A stretch of DNA of 64,000 bases. Origin: Atractiella rhizophila. Lineage: Eukaryota. The translations under genes and the position numbers were made by a program. The notes under the pieces were generated by a model. It saw nothing but the letters and a program-made list of their open reading frames with translations, had not been told where the DNA came from and made no database searches. The stretch covers positions 1 to 64,000 of the forward strand of contig MU271354.1 in assembly GCA_021432655.1 (NCBI GenBank), in the 5' to 3' direction. This document shows, one piece after another, positions 23,876-38,262 of this stretch (its first letter is position 1; each line of letters starts with the position of its first letter).

Positions 23876-25301
23876 ATGGTTACTTGCACCCGACATGGAT
23901 GTGGTCAAGAATTCGACCCAGACGACGTTTCATCCTCCAATTCTGGCACGGGTAAGCCATCCAGAATGCAAAAAGGACGAAGCTTGAATCTGACAGTTTA
24001 TTCAGCATGTACCTTTCATCCTGGCAATCCAATCTTTCATGAAGGTCTGAAAAGCTGGAGCTGCTGTAAGGAGGTAAACAAACGTACGTGCCTCGACCTT
24101 GCATGTTCAAACCAAATTTGCTACATCAAGAATTGCTAATTTTCTTTGATGTTACAGCCGTCCTAGATTTCGACGAATTTATGGCGATCAAAGGATGTGT
24201 GGTAGGCTCTCACTCCTCCGATCCATCGACTGTGCTGCCGAATCTCCCCAAGCCTGCTGCAACAGCAGACAAGCCAACTATGGTATCTCAAAACGGAACA
24301 GAGGTGTATGGCGCTCTTCCGCCTCCCCCAAAAATCGTCTCGGAGCTGAAGGTCGAACCGAAAGCGGAGCCGCCGCCAGCACAGGAGATTGTGATTGAAG
24401 AAGACCCAGTGGACGTGAAGGTTGATAAGGGAATGAAGTGCAAGAGAAAGCCATGTGGGAAGGCGTATGAAGGAGAAGAGAGGAAGGATGATGAATGTCG
24501 CTTTCATCCTGGTGTTGTGAGTGCAGAAACCAAGCATAGGGAAATGACTGAGTGCCCTGCAGCCCATTTTCCATGAGGGTTCAAAAGGATATTCGTGTTG
24601 CAAGAGGAAGGTTCTGGAGTTTGACGAGTTTCTAAAAATCGAGGTCTGTCATCTTTGCTTTTAATCTGAGTTCACTGACCAGCAATGTGCAAAGGGTTGT
24701 CGAAGGGGGAAGCATCTTTTTGTAGGACAACCAAAGGAGGAGTCAGAGCTGGCACGTCTACTTCCTTCACTTCCTTAGACACACATCACTGATTGCGAAT
24801 ATAAGGATGAACTTATCACCCTTCGAACAGACCATTATCAAACCCCTAATCAAGTCATTGTAAGCGTATTTGGGAAGGGAGCAGATAAGGAAAAATCGAA
24901 AATCGAGTTTACAGAAGAACAAGTATGCCATCCCTTTCTCACTGAAACCTAGACACTTCATGCTGATGCGCATTAACAGATGCACATTCAACTCTTCCTT
25001 CCAAACAATAAGAAATACGTCAAATCTTTCAATCTTTTTGGACCAATCGTTCCCGATAAATGTTCATGGAAGATCATGAGCACGGTTCGTGTTTCCCTCA
25101 TTCTCGTTGGCTATTACCGTCACTAATATGGGCGTACAGAAAGCAGAAATTGTTCTTCAAAAAGAAGATCTCCGCTCTTGGCCAGCACTGGACAATGGCA
25201 CATTTGCCAATTCTCCATTCGTCCCTAATTTGACCTTCGGGGTGGGAGGCAAGAGGGGCACGTTTGGGGCGAAGGAGATGGTTCTCCCTGAAACGTTTTA
25301 A
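23876..25301 (+). CDS. CHORDC1: CHORD-containing Hsp90 co-chaperone (two CHORD Zn domains + CS domain)
   Basis: [33 protein letters not shown], second [37 protein letters not shown]-like KAEIVLQK...SWPAL. Confidence 0.9.
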
Positions 25302-25667
25302 ATCCTGTTTTCTTGCCTAAGGTGCCAAAGTTGTGAGCAAGTAATAGAAGCATGTACAAGTGTAAGAAACAGTTAGCAAAGTCAACAGCAATTCAGTTTC
25401 ATCATTCCTTCGTAGTGACTTGCTTCTCAGCTCTTAACCGCTTCCCACCCAACATTGTTGCGAGGGGACAGTAATAAGGGAATATACCACTATACATTGA
25501 ATGTTGAATGAGATCTCTCTTATTCAATACAATGATCCAAAGCCTAGACTCAGAGCGCAAATGATCAGAATTTTAGAATAAGAGAAATGCGACGGAAAAT
25601 GCACGAAAATGACCAAAGAAGTAGAAGCCCAGAATTGATTCTTTCAAGAGTGGAGTCCATCAACCAC

Positions 25668-27843
25668 TTAAAACTTAGGTCCGGCAGCGCAAACCTCAGG
25701 GGAGCAGTCAGAAGCATATTTCTTGAAAGCTATGTCACAAACTCATGTTAGTGTGTGGATACATTTGAGAAAGGAGACCCACCATCAGTGAACATGTTGG
25801 CGAGTTTGGTTCGCTCAGCCTCGAACTTCTCCGAATCCTTCCAAGCCTTCTTAGGGTCGAGAAGTTCATCAGGGACATTCTCAAGGCTCTTGGGGATGGC
25901 GAGATCGAAAATGGGGAAGGTCTCGAACTCTCCCTTGGCGAGAGTACCATCATGAATGGCGTCGATGATCTTCCTGGTGTACTTGAGAGGGCATCGCTTC
26001 CCTTGTCCGAACTTGCCACCGACCCAACCGGTGTTGATGAGCCAGACGTTAGCCTTGGTCTCGTCCATCCTCTCAGCCAACATGGTCGCGTAGCGCGAAG
26101 GATGAAGAACGATGAAGGGTTGACCGAAGCAGGTCGAAAAGGTGGGAGAGGGTTCGACGACTCCATCCTCCGTTCCGGGAGTCTTGGAGGTGTATCCAAG
26201 AATGAACCAGTATTGGGCTTGTTCGCGAGTCAATTTGCTGACGGGAGGAAGGATACCATAAGCATCGCAGGTCAACTGAAAAGATGTCAGCGAACTGATC
26301 GGAACCTGCGAAAGGAACAGTGACTTACGTAGACGACGTTGGTAGGAGGATGGCTGGTCAAGCAAGGAATCTTAGCGTTGGGAATGAACTCGATGGGATA
26401 AGCGCTGTCGTTTCGTTAGCTCGATGCCTTCTGACAAGGGACGGTAAAAGCTCACCAGCGAGTATTTTCAGTGATGGTGTCGAGATCATAATCGGCAATT
26501 CGGGTTGCGGGATCATAAACGACGTTCTCGAGAATAGAACCGAATCGGATGGCGCTGAAGATCTCTGGCTCTTTTTCTTTCGACAAACCAATAGTCTTGG
26601 CATAGCATCCTCCTTCAATGTTAAAGACGCCCTTGTCGGACCAGACATGTTCATCATCTCCAATGAGCGCTCGGTTCTGATCAGCGGACAAGGTCGTCTT
26701 CCCGGTTCCGGAAAGTCCAAAGAAGAGGGTAACATTGCCGCCCTCTTTCGCTTCGTTGGCAGAAGAGTGAAGAGAAAGCTGGCCAAACTTAACGGGTTGG
26801 AGATAGTGCTATGGCTTTCGTCAGTCTCTCTCCGCAACAGAAGTATAGGAAGACATACCATCACGGAAAAGACGCCCTTTTTCATCTCTCCAGCATATTC
26901 AGTGCCGAGAATGACCATTTCCTTTCGCTTAAAGTTGATCTCGACGGAAGTAGTGGAGGTCATGCCGGCGGTGAAACGGTTGGCGGGGAACTGTCCAGCG
27001 TTGTAGATGGTGAAGTCAGGCTCGCCGAAGTTCTTCAGCTCATCCTCAGTCGGGCGAATCAACACTACACTCTCGTCGTCAGTTGGAGATCACAGCGGGA
27101 CATGCGAACGCACTGTTGTGCATGAAGAGAGCGTGATATGCCCTAGCGCAGATAACTCTGACTTTGATCCGATAAGCTGGCTCCCACTAGGATAATCATT
27201 TAGCACAGTGCGCTAGGGTTGGAGGAATAGAAGCTTACGCCTGCGAATCCGTCGAAGACATAGACATTGTCTCGCGTGTTCAAATAATCGATGGCCCTTT
27301 CTCTGTTGATTTCGAAAGTGTGCTCGTCCATCTTGATGTTAACAGATCCCCACTGCATACCATGGAAGGACCATAAACCGCAAGCCCCTACAATCATGCA
27401 AAGGAAAGACGGACCCATATGTCATCCTTCGACGTCTCCTCATAGACAATTCGTTTATCTTTAGGGCTCCTACCCGTCTTCTTTCCGCTGAAGTTGATCA
27501 GGGCTCCGCTGGATGAGATGACGGCTCCTTCGTATTTGATCGCATCTTCATATAACTGGGCGACAGGAGCATTGCGTTTCAGATGAATCTTCTCCATGTC
27601 GAACCCAGCATCAGAGAAGAGCTTGAGATCCTTCCCCAGAAGGGTATAGGCAGCATCTGGTCCATGACTGTGATCGAGATCATCAGCATGTCAGGATGGT
27701 GTTGAGAGAACAAGTAGAGCTCACTGATCGTAGTGGGAGCTATCCTCTTCATAGTGGACCATGGGAGTATGAGTCCTGGAGAGATGAGAAGGGAGGAAAG
27801 GCATTTTTGATGGTTGCGGGGATAGAATTTCTGGGTGCTGCAT
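25668..27843 (-). CDS. PCK1: Phosphoenolpyruvate carboxykinase (ATP)
   Basis: [70 protein letters not shown]. Confidence 0.97.
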
Positions 27844-28686
27844 GATGATTCTTGTCAGTTTATCGTTTCTAGTCGATGTCTGGGAGAGAAATCTGGTTCT
27901 AAAGACGACTCTAGAGAGCTTATATAGCCCCAAAGATCTGTTTGGTCGGTTGATGCCGTGTCTTATCATGCAACTGCAAGATCAAAGCGGGCGGGCGATA
28001 TCGGGCAATGGCAAGCAGATGTAGCCCCCGATGGGCTAATTAAATCTATGACGTACAACGAACGCGGGGTGCGGGGTCCGCAAGTTGAGCGGGAGAAGGG
28101 AAGCCGCTCACACGACTGGAAGCAGCGATCCAAGGAGCAACAAAATGAGCATTTCGCACCAGGCTGCAACTTGGAAGCGTGCAGCGTCGCGCAGCAAGAT
28201 AGAGAGCAGTCAAGAATAGCCCATTGTACCAACTCCTGCGCAGAAAGCAGCTTCGCGAAAGATCGGACGCAGGAAAAAGAATATGAAGAATGCAACAAGA
28301 AACACTCACTTTCTGCGATTTTAACAGCTCGGAATTGACTGAACAAAGCAGCTGGAGTCTGATTGAGAGGTGAGCTGGATGGAGAAGCAAAAGTGTCAAG
28401 TAATTTGAAGATGGGAGTCGTTTGAGCAAAGACGAGTTTACCTTTTAACCGCTGAGTGTGAAAACAAAGGTTCCGGGATTTTTCGAATCCGGGAGAATCA
28501 GGAGACTTTCCAGAGCAAGAATTGCCTTCTCGCTCACAGAGTCATTCGCCTGCCTTTTGGCGTGACGACAAAATGTTTTGCCCCAGTAAAACCCCGGAAT
28601 GCACCGAACGGGAGTCGGCCTTTTCCGGGTCTCGCATATGTGTGAAAAGTGGTCCGTGTGCAAGGGTGCTGGTAAATGAGCCCAAA

Positions 28687-29523
28687 ATGAGCTATGGAGG
28701 TTCTCCACCTTCCCACGGTGCTGCCTCTCAAATCGAAAGCCAACGTATCAAGCTGGCTCCCTCTCGTTCCTCTTATCCCTACGATTTTACCATCTCTTGC
28801 AAGGGATGACAAACAGTCTCGCTTCGTTTATCCTTCTCCTCGTGAGCTTCTCATCGAGAACGCTCACGGGACGCCGATGAAGCTCGAGATGAGAGGACTA
28901 TGTAGTGCAGACATCCCTGGGTTGATGGAGCATCATGTAGGCATCTCTTTGTAAACACCGCAACAACCAACCGAGCGGGCTTGGGGACCAGGCTCAAGAA
29001 CTAGGCTCCAAAGGATCGAAACCGCCTTATCCACGGACTTTCTACTTCACTATCCTCCATTCGATTCTTTCGCTCTCCCTGGTCCTCATAGACAAAAGCA
29101 GAAATGAGATAGTCGGAGAGATATCCGGCAAGCTGCTGTCTTCCGGCCCGCTTCCATCACTCTACCTTCAAACAATCTCCCTACGATCTGACATACGCGG
29201 ACAAGGGCTTGCTATCAAGCTATTAAATGCTCTCATTCAGCCTAGATACCTTTCGCGAACGACGAGGGAAGTCAGGGATGGGTGCAACAGAAAGAACATC
29301 ATTCATGCCCTTCCTCTTCATCAACTCTCTTCCTTCGCCGCCAGATCGTAGGATCAACGTCTCGCTACACTTGCACACAAAAAATACCACCGCAAAGAAG
29401 TTCTATGAGAGGTTAGGCCTGGAGGAGAAGGAAAGAATTGGTGGTTATTATACCAGCAACGGTGGTCTTGATTCGGAAGCTATAGTAATGCAAGGTGTGC
29501 TAAAGTTCCCTCTCATTGTATAA
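28687..29523 (+). CDS. GNAT-family N-acetyltransferase (NAA50/RimI-like)
   Basis: PYPRTFY, LYLQTISLRSDIRGQGLAIKLL (acetyl-CoA motif A), VSLHLHTKNTTAKKFYERLG...GGYY. Confidence 0.75.
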
Positions 29524-30060
29524 TTAATTCGTCTTTCTCTCTAATGTACTTTCGCATTTGATTGCTTCTCTTTTTGGTTGTAACGGCTAAAACTCAACAT
29601 GACGATATTGTTGTAATTCAGCTTGTGTATGAATGAATTGGTTCTTTTACTTCAGCATCCTATGAATGGAATGAATGAACGATCATACTCCCACACAGAA
29701 TGTGTATGGTATGAAAAAATCGTTTAATCCCAGATATCCAGCGCGTTTGACGGGCTCACCGAAAGCTTTTGAGCAACCTCCTAGCCATGCTTGCTCCATT
29801 AATTCTGTAATGTCGAAATCACCAGTCCCCTCTCCTCACAAGCACCTTCCACTGTGCTGCTGACGCAGCCTCCTGCGACGTGGCATCTGTCGAAACTGGT
29901 CGAAAATTCTGTCGGAGAAAGATAAGAGCTTGTATCTTATCTTCGCAGCAAGAGTGATGCAACCTTATCTTATTACCGAAATTTTTGGTCCACAACAAGA
30001 CATCTTCCTCCTGGCCTTTCCAGTTCTTTAGCCTGGAACCAGTGGCAGCAGCAAAGCAAC

Positions 30061-33000
30061 ATGACTTCTGATTTCATTATGACTATCGATTCAGACGTAG
30101 AGGCTTCCCCTCCACCTGTCGAAAAATCGAAGAAACGAAAGCGTGCGCAGGAGGGAGAGGCAGACGAGATGCCGATGCAGTTAGACAAGAGATTTCACTT
30201 TGATGGGTTTATAAGTAGGGAGGAGGAGGTGAAAGACAACTATGAGGAAAAGGTGCGCCGTCTTATATGATGATTTTGGGTAGGACGAGCGTCTTATTGG
30301 ATTGCATGGATGGTAGCTCATCGTTGCGAGACCAAATGCCCTGGTGGGTTTTCAGGCGCTCTGTATAGATGCATCTTATGATTTGTAGCCGAGAGTGTCA
30401 ATAGATGATATCATTGCTCGGAGACTGGAGGCGAATAACGAGCAAGAAGCAGACTCAAAGTTGGATGAGGAAGAAGGTGAGCTGGAGCTGGAGGATGTAG
30501 GAAGTGATGAGGAGGATGAGGATGAAGAAGGAGTTGGAGAGGATAGTGGGATTGAAGAGGATGAGGGACTTAGTGACAGCGGCAGCGATGGCGTGGGTGG
30601 AGAGGAGGAGAAGCAGAAGGAAGACGGTAGCAGCAGCGGCAGCGCTTCTGAAGCAGACAAAGATGAGCAGGAGGATGATGACAATGAGGAGGTGGAGGGC
30701 GCAAGTGAGCATAGGTTCTCTTTCCTGTTTTTGAAACCGACGATGAGGAACCTAGACTTCAATTCCAACACCTTTGCTCTACTTGAACAGGTGGAAGATG
30801 AATCGGACTCCGAAGCTGTTCCATTGATCGACCCCTCTCTTCAAGATGCACCAAAGCGACTCAAAGGACCCAATCCGGCCAAATATTTCTCCTCTCAGAT
30901 TTCCAAATCGTCTGAAGCTCCTGCCAAAACCAATGCTGCCGACCAGGCCACATTCCAGAAACTTGGACTCTCTCGAACTCTCCTTGTGGCTCTCAAAGCT
31001 GCAGGGTTGGAAGTCCCGACTCTAATTCAGCAAGAGGTTATTCCAGTGGCCATGACTCGGAGTGATATCGTTGGGAGCTCGCAGACGGGAAGTGGAAAAA
31101 CAGCTGCTTTTGTAATTCCTATCCTGGAAAGGTTGGTTCCTTCATACGTCTCCGTTCAAAGACATCTGGTTGAGATGTGTTGTGTATAGGTTACTGCATC
31201 GCCCTAGACATCCACCTCAAACGAGAACGCTTATACTAGCCCCGACGAGGGAGCTTGCAGTGCAGATTCACGGAGTTGTTGAGAGCCTGGGCAGGTTTAC
31301 AGATGTGAAATCCGTTCTGTGTGTTGGTGTGTTCCTCTACGTCTACTCAAGAATATTCTCTTAACTGTACCACAGGTGGCCTGAGTCTAAGCGTCCAAGC
31401 TGCTGCTCTCAAGCAGAAGCCAGAAGTTGTAGTGTCTACCCCTGGGCGATTGATCGATCATATGCGAAATAGCGCTGGTTTTGAGATTGAAGAGATCGAG
31501 ATTCTTGTCATCGATGAGGCTGACCGAATGATGGAAGAAGGATTTAAGGATGAACTGGAAGAGATAGTGAAGTCTTGTCCGAGGAATCGACAAACAATGC
31601 TTTTCAGTGCTACAATTTCTGAGGACGTTGTACGTCTCCTCCCTATTCTCTCTTGCTTACCACTGACTGACGGTGATTCAGTCTGAACTCGCTCGACTCT
31701 CATTACAAAAACCGGTACGAATCAAGATCGATCATACAGCCTACATGTCCCGAAAACTAGCCCAAGAATTCATTCGAGTCCGTGCACCTAGAGGCGATGA
31801 TGCTTCTGCTGCTCTTACACGTTCCCGCGAAGCCATCCTCCTGGCACTTTGTCTGAAAGACCCTACTTTTCCGTCTGGTCGCACTCTAATCTTCTTCCGT
31901 TCCAAGGCTCAAGCACATCGAATGAAGATCATCTTCTCCCTCCTGCGGTATAAAACCAAACGCTTGCAGAAGGCAGAGGAATTACATGGGGATTTAACAC
32001 AAGATCAACGACTCAAGAGCTTGAAGGACTTCAAGGATGGGAAGTGTGGATATTTGTTGTGTACCGATTTAGCAAGTCGAGGTTTGGATATCAAGGGGGT
32101 GGAGAATGTCATCAACTTCGAAGTACCTAAAGTGTGGGAGGTCTACCTTCATCGCGTCGGACGAACAGCGCGAGCAGGGAGGGAGGGACGGTAAGTTTGC
32201 CGCCTTCCCAGCTGACCTCAGGTCTGAAAGGTGGAACAGTGCAGTGACCCTTGTGGGAGAGAGCGACAGAAAGCTTGTTAAGGCAGCCATCAAGAACAGT
32301 TCATCAGAAAGCGTCAAGCATCGGACCGTCCCGATTGCAACACTGAAAGAACTATCGTCTCAGCTGGCAGCTCTCGAAGACGAGATTGCCTCCGTACTTG
32401 TAGATGAGAAGGAGGAGAAAGAAGTTTGCTCATTTCTTCATTGTAAAGACCGAGACCTCATGCTTTGGTACAGCTGCGGCGCGCAGAGATGGAGCTGAAG
32501 AAAGGAGAGAATTTGATCATTCATCAAGAAGAAATTGCTTCCCGACCCGCACGGACTTGGTTTCAGTCGAAAAAGGAGAAAGCAGAGTCTAAAGGTCTGT
32601 CTCGCCTCCTCCGTCCATTCAACTCCAGACACTTGTTGATATGGACAATGCATGTAGGGGCTGGCAAACGCACACACAACATAGCCTTCGACGGTCCCTC
32701 AGCCGCTAAAGACCTGAAAAAGGAGAAAGAGAAGAAGTACCTGACACACAAGGAGCGAAGGAAGAAGGAGGCGTTGGATGAACTGAAGGCTGATAAAGTG
32801 AAAGGCAAAGGCAAAGGAGTCGGAGCTTCGATTAAAGCCGCTAAGAAGGCACAGCGACCAGAGAAAGTGGGAATGTTGGGTAGTCACGGAGGAGTGGATT
32901 TGAGGGCCTTGAAGAAAGCTGAGAAGGGGAAGGGGAAAAAGAAAGAGGGGAAGGAAAGGGGAGAGATGGGAAATAGTACCAAGAAGATGGATATTGCTCG

Positions 33001-33103
33001 TTCTGGGAAAGGAGCTGAGCGGAAGAAGGGGAATATGGCAAAATCACTGAAAGCGGATTCACGTAAAGGAGCGGGCAAGAACAAGAGCAAGGGACGACGA
33101 TAA
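30061..33103 (+). CDS. DRS1: DEAD-box rRNA helicase DRS1/DDX27
   Basis: [13 protein letters not shown]-terminus, acidic tract, Q motif [55 protein letters not shown]. Confidence 0.93.
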
Positions 33104-33172
33104 TCTGCCACTCTTGCTTGATTTATGGAATATATTGTATTTCCTTGGCATCCCTCCAGAATGAGAGTGTGT

Positions 33173-34573
33173 TCACAAAGAACTTGAAGCGGTAGCCTCT
33201 TTGACAGCCTCTAAGACTTTCGCATGGACATCACGATGTGCAGCAATCACACCCTTATTGTTCTTCAACGTGCGACCAACTCCAAAATCCAGCTCTTTGC
33301 CGAACATATCACTCACTCTCCCTCCAGCCTCTTCGACTAGGACCACCCCAGATGCATGATCCTATCCAGTACCAACTTGATTAGCTCCGCTTGAAAAGCT
33401 GACAGGAGGGAAGTAGATATCGAGACAAACCCAGATTTTTTCCTCATAAGTTTTTGAAGTCGGAAGGCGGAGGTAAATGTCCCCATCTCCTCTCGAGATG
33501 GAGCAATATTTCGCCTGCGAGTCCATCCTCACGCTTGGGCGGGTTATACCGAGGATCGATGCGATGCGAGAATTCGTGCCCTATACATCGTAACAAGGTC
33601 AGGCATTGGACAAACCAAGAAACAGAAGGAGAGAGAGCGACTGACTTGATCTGAGTGTCCGGATTCGACGGACTCACAGAACGTAGCATTGGAGAGGTCA
33701 ATTGATTGAATGGGGTTCATTTTTATAGGTCTCAGTTCAGCATTTGTCAAGCTTCTCTGAAGATCATTAAGTCAGCGTAGGTGGCCTATTGCGAGAGAAA
33801 CAAAGTCTACCTGATGCGCACCCTCGCCTCTTGTAGCCGTAAAAATCACACCTTTTTCCCCGTCTGGAGAAGTGGGAAGGACTGGAAGGTTTGGACAGCC
33901 CATTACCCCCATTATTGGTTTTCCGTCTCGGATCAAGGCGAGACAAATAGCATATTGCCCGCGGCGGAGAAAACCCGTGCTTCCAAAAAGGATAAGAACT
34001 GGTCAGATTGAGTAGAATGGAGAAGACTTATTTCGTGCCGTCAATAGGGTCGAGTGCCCACTGTACTTCTTCCAATTGTCAGCATAATTAAAAGATGCAA
34101 GGGAAAAGGAAAGGCTCACATCCGGACCTTCCCACACCCTCTCCGCCAGCTTTGTCCAGTAATTGCTTGCAGCTCTCCTCATCCATCTCTCCTTTCGGCC
34201 ACAGTCCAGCCTCTTCCTTCTCGCCTCTCAAAGCTTCATTCACCAATTCCTTCACTTGCCTCAACATAGACGGATCGATGTCCGCGCTACTTTCTTCACC
34301 GATCATGGGGATGTTAGGGAGGTGGGTAAAAAGCAGGCGAGAGACGAGAAGTTGGCAGGCATAGTCGGCCACTGTCATCCATCCAGCCAATCAGACAATC
34401 TCTCGCGTTGATAACCTAGATAAACCAATAGATGAAAGCTCACCTGTAACTGGGCTGTTATCCGATTTCGTCAGGCCTTGCGAGGGGACAAGAGTCGCTT
34501 GCACCCTCCGTGCAACTTGGGAACAGAGGGAAACGGCTGAAATGGCCAGCCGTCGGTGCATCGTAAGATCCAT
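33173..34573 (-). CDS. MET22: 3'(2'),5'-bisphosphate (PAP) nucleotidase
   Basis: KSDNSPVT/VADYACQ, IGEESS, LDPIDGTK, FCESVESGHS, EKIWDHASGVVLVEEAGGRVSD, LDFGVGRTLKNNKGVIAA. Confidence 0.93.
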
Positions 34574-34740
34574 TTTGTACCTTGCGCTGAGCACCTCTCT
34601 TTTCAACCTTCAGGCAATTTCAGCTGCTTTCAACGTGATTGTGAGTCAATATAATGCAACGAAAGAATAAGCTTCAAAATTAACCATCCGAGATTGAGTT
34701 TGCTGCGACTTTTCCTGTCTTCAAGCGAGATTGTGTATGA

Positions 34741-37700
34741 ATGGGGTTTAATCACCTCACACTCTCGTGTCCCGTGACAGCCCTCGTATACCTGCAAGAC
34801 GATTCTCTTTTACACTCTGAAGGGCCTTATTTGCGCGGTCAAAAGATCCTTTCACAAGGCAACAGAATTCACAAAATCATCGAAGACGTTGAGAACGGGC
34901 AGCTGCTCGTGATCGGAGGACGAGAGGCGTGTATTTTGCGTTCTCAAGACTATGCTGAAGAGATAGCCCGTGTGGAAAGTCGCGATTGGCTGCTAGACGG
35001 GTGCTTTATCCGTGTCTGTCCCCCACCGTTCTGACTCTGTCTAATTCTGTCTAATGGTCAAAGGTATTTAGGAAGGAAAGCAAGTCTGCCTTGTCACAGC
35101 TAACTTTTGCCTCGAATTTTACTATCTGGATGAAAATTCGAAAACTTTGCTACATTCCAGAACACAGCAAAGCCCCAAACACTCCTTGTTGTGGGCTGCG
35201 ACTTTCTCGCATCGTGTCTACGACTCCATTTTTTCTCTCTATGTCGCTGCGGGAACTATTCTTTGTGAAGCGATTTTATGGCGCCCAGGCACATCCGTCA
35301 CGGATGACAATCATTTGTTATCCATTAAAGCCCACAACGTTCGTATTTCTCTGCTGCTCACCATAATTCCAACCAGAAACGTACAGAGCTCCATTTTCGA
35401 CCTCTCCTTCTCTCCCGATCGCAAATCAATCGCTACAGTATCAGACGACCGTTCCCTTCTAGTCCATAAACTCTCAGAAACAGGCAACGCTATTACATCT
35501 TCCCCACCATGTTGGGAACACACCTCCCGGATCTGGAGAGTTACGTGGCTCTCTTCCTCCCGCATCGTTACAGCAGGAGAGGTATTGTGGCCCTTTTCGG
35601 ATCTTCAAGATTGATGCTGATGTGCCATAGTGCAGGACAACCTTGTTGTTGTGTGGAAGAAAGACGAGAGTGGGAACTGGAAAGTGGAGCGAAAGGAAGA
35701 GGTGCATGAGGGCCGTGGAATTTGGGCACTTGCGGTCTCGAAAAACGGCGAGAGATGGGCGGCGGGAGGATCCGATGGCGCTGTTCTCGAATGGGATATG
35801 AATGGAGGTCCGTAACTCCCTCTAGCATTGCTTGCTTTTGACAATCTACAGGAACACGGCTCGTTGACGATATGTATCATCTACGTGGGTTCGCCGTCAA
35901 CGAGGCGGAAGACGTGCTCGCTGTCACCAAAAACGGGTCTGTTGTCTTTCTTTCCGTTTGTACAGATTTACCGAGAATGTGGCAGAGGCATCCTCCTGTG
36001 TCGGCATGGAGAGCAGCCTCGTCTGATCTACGAGAGCGCAAGCCTAAAGGGTAGCTTTTGCATCACACTTTGTGATCTTTGGGGCATTATAGCACCGAGT
36101 GGTACGGCTAACGCTGAAGTGCTGATCGTGGACATCAAGGCAGAAGGTAAGCTTAAGCTATTTGGACCTTGATGACTTGTATAATTCAACCATGGCCGAG
36201 TAGGTGTGAATACAATACCCGTGCAAACGACCTATTGTTTTTCGTACCTCCATGTTCAGACATTAGGTAGTAAATCAATTCTTTCACTATCTACTCCTGA
36301 CCATCGCGAAGCAACCCGTTCTCGATCTCTGGCCATATACGACCGACGTGCTAATGCTGTGCACATTACCCAGCTGCCTGATCTCTCCCAGGTGAGTGTC
36401 CGTCTCCATGCCACGCCCTGTCTGACTGCATGCACAGACAAGAACTATTACTTGCCCACTTCCTGTCACTTGCCTTCGTTTGGACGACACCGGTGCGCAT
36501 TATGCAGGCACAAGAACTGGGCTTGTTTTCTGCCTCACTCATCTGGAAGAGAGTTGGGAAAGGCACACAGATGGTGTTCGAGATCTTTCCTTTCGGGGGA
36601 AGGAGGTTTGGAGTGTAGGAAGAGATGGAACCATTGTTTTTGATGAGAAGACGAAAGTCAAATTGAGGGGAGGATGGGTGGAGCAAGTTCGTTCCCCGGG
36701 TTGCACCTGACGATGGAGCTGAGGGAGTGGAGTTAGATCATAGGTGATAATGAGGTCGTTGTCTGGGGCGAGTTCGGGTGCGAGATCGTCAGGATGAACG
36801 GAGAGTGTGTCGGGAGATTCAAATACGCGTTAGTTCCCCTCGCTTCCTCCTACGACTAAGCTCAAATACAACAGTGGGAATCAACCTCCGTCCTGGCGCG
36901 TACTCAAAACCGATTCCAGTACCTATAAGCTATACTTCATCCTCCGCTCCAGGTTGTACGTTGAAACACTATATCCACCACGTCAACATCAGTATCCAAC
37001 ACTGGGTCGCGAAATTCGCTCCATTTCCCTCTTTCCCACCTCCTCTTCCTGTGGGGTCCACTTTCTTGCGTCCGTCTCAGAGTCCGGGATACTCCTACTA
37101 TCCTCCCTCTCCCAGTCAGATGGCAAACTCAAAACACTTCATCGAACATGTGAAGTAGCCCAGGGAGCACTAAAGGCGGTTCGCTTCTTCCAGGGATGGT
37201 TGATTCTCGGCGGAAACCGAGGGACAATACAGTCAGTTCGAGTTTTGGGCTCAGGCAAAGGTGTATGGGAGCACGCACGGTGGAGTACAGATGGGGAAGA
37301 GAGGCTGATGGATTTGGACATCGACCATTCCGGCAAAGTCATAGCGGGTTACTCGGACGGTATGGTGCGAGAATTTACTTTCAAGACATCTTCAGGGCAA
37401 TTTGAATTATTGCGATTCTGGAAAGCACATCAGAACGCTGTGCTGCAAGTCGGACGCGTCGGAAGATTTGCCTTTACATCATCGAGCGGAGGGGAAGTGG
37501 CACTCTGGGATGCAGAAGGAGGAGAGATGTGGAAGCGTCGCGTTCTAACGGCGGGTGTAGATGTTGTTGACTCCTACTGTCTACAAGATGGGTTCTTGTT
37601 AGCTGTTGCTGGTGACAGCGGGGACCTTGTCGCTTTGAAGTTCAATGAAAATGGGGAAGAGAGATGGGAAGTGCGCGAGGAGGGAGCGCACGGAGCAGCA

Positions 37701-38002
37701 ATTCATGGTTCGTCCCTTTCGTCTTCTTCTCGAAATAATCAGAAATGACAGGGACATATGGAGGCTTGAGGCTCCTCACCGCTAGAGATATCTTAACCTG
37801 TTCCATTGATCAACGTCTCTCCCACTGGGTGCTTTCAGGAGGTACGGAGTTCACGCTCAAAGATCAGGTAATGATAAACGTTGCGGACGTGGGTTGCATG
37901 GAGGTATCCCCTCTTCCCGCAAGAGACAAAAATGAGAAGACTTGGCTCGTCGCAATTGGTGGAGTAGGGATTGAGAACCTACATTTTACACTGACATCAT
38001 AA
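34741..38002 (+). CDS. WD40-repeat protein of the WDR6/Trm734 (Rtt10) family
   Basis: HSLLWAA, VAAGTILCEAILW, SIFDLSFSPDRKSIATVSDDRS, HTSRIWRV, HEGRGIWALA, LGREIRS, SIDQRL, INVADV, IGGVGIE. Confidence 0.82.
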
Positions 38003-38262
38003 AAAGGAACTGTACAGTCTGTAGAAGTCAATCCTAGGTCGATCACCTCAATTGAGCGAAATCGACATATTGGTAATACCATCAATTACCTGTGTCAAAA
38101 AGGGTACTCCGACGATCAATGGAGTTATTCCATCAGCCGTCTAATATGGATACCAACGCCACAAGCAACCAGGCTTGACCGCAATATAAGTAGACATCAG
38201 ATTGGTATACTATCACTGCATACATGCGATACCGCAATTCGCTTGGTTTTGAATGCAGAGCA

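Noticed and set aside
29919..29975. GATA-site inverted repeat (AAGATAAGA/TCTTATCTT) upstream of DRS1
   Set aside because: Short, AT-rich and plausible by chance. No functional context.
30701..30790. Possible GC-AG or snoRNA-hosting intron in DRS1
   Set aside because: Several donor/acceptor combinations keep the frame, and there is no convincing C/D box pair.
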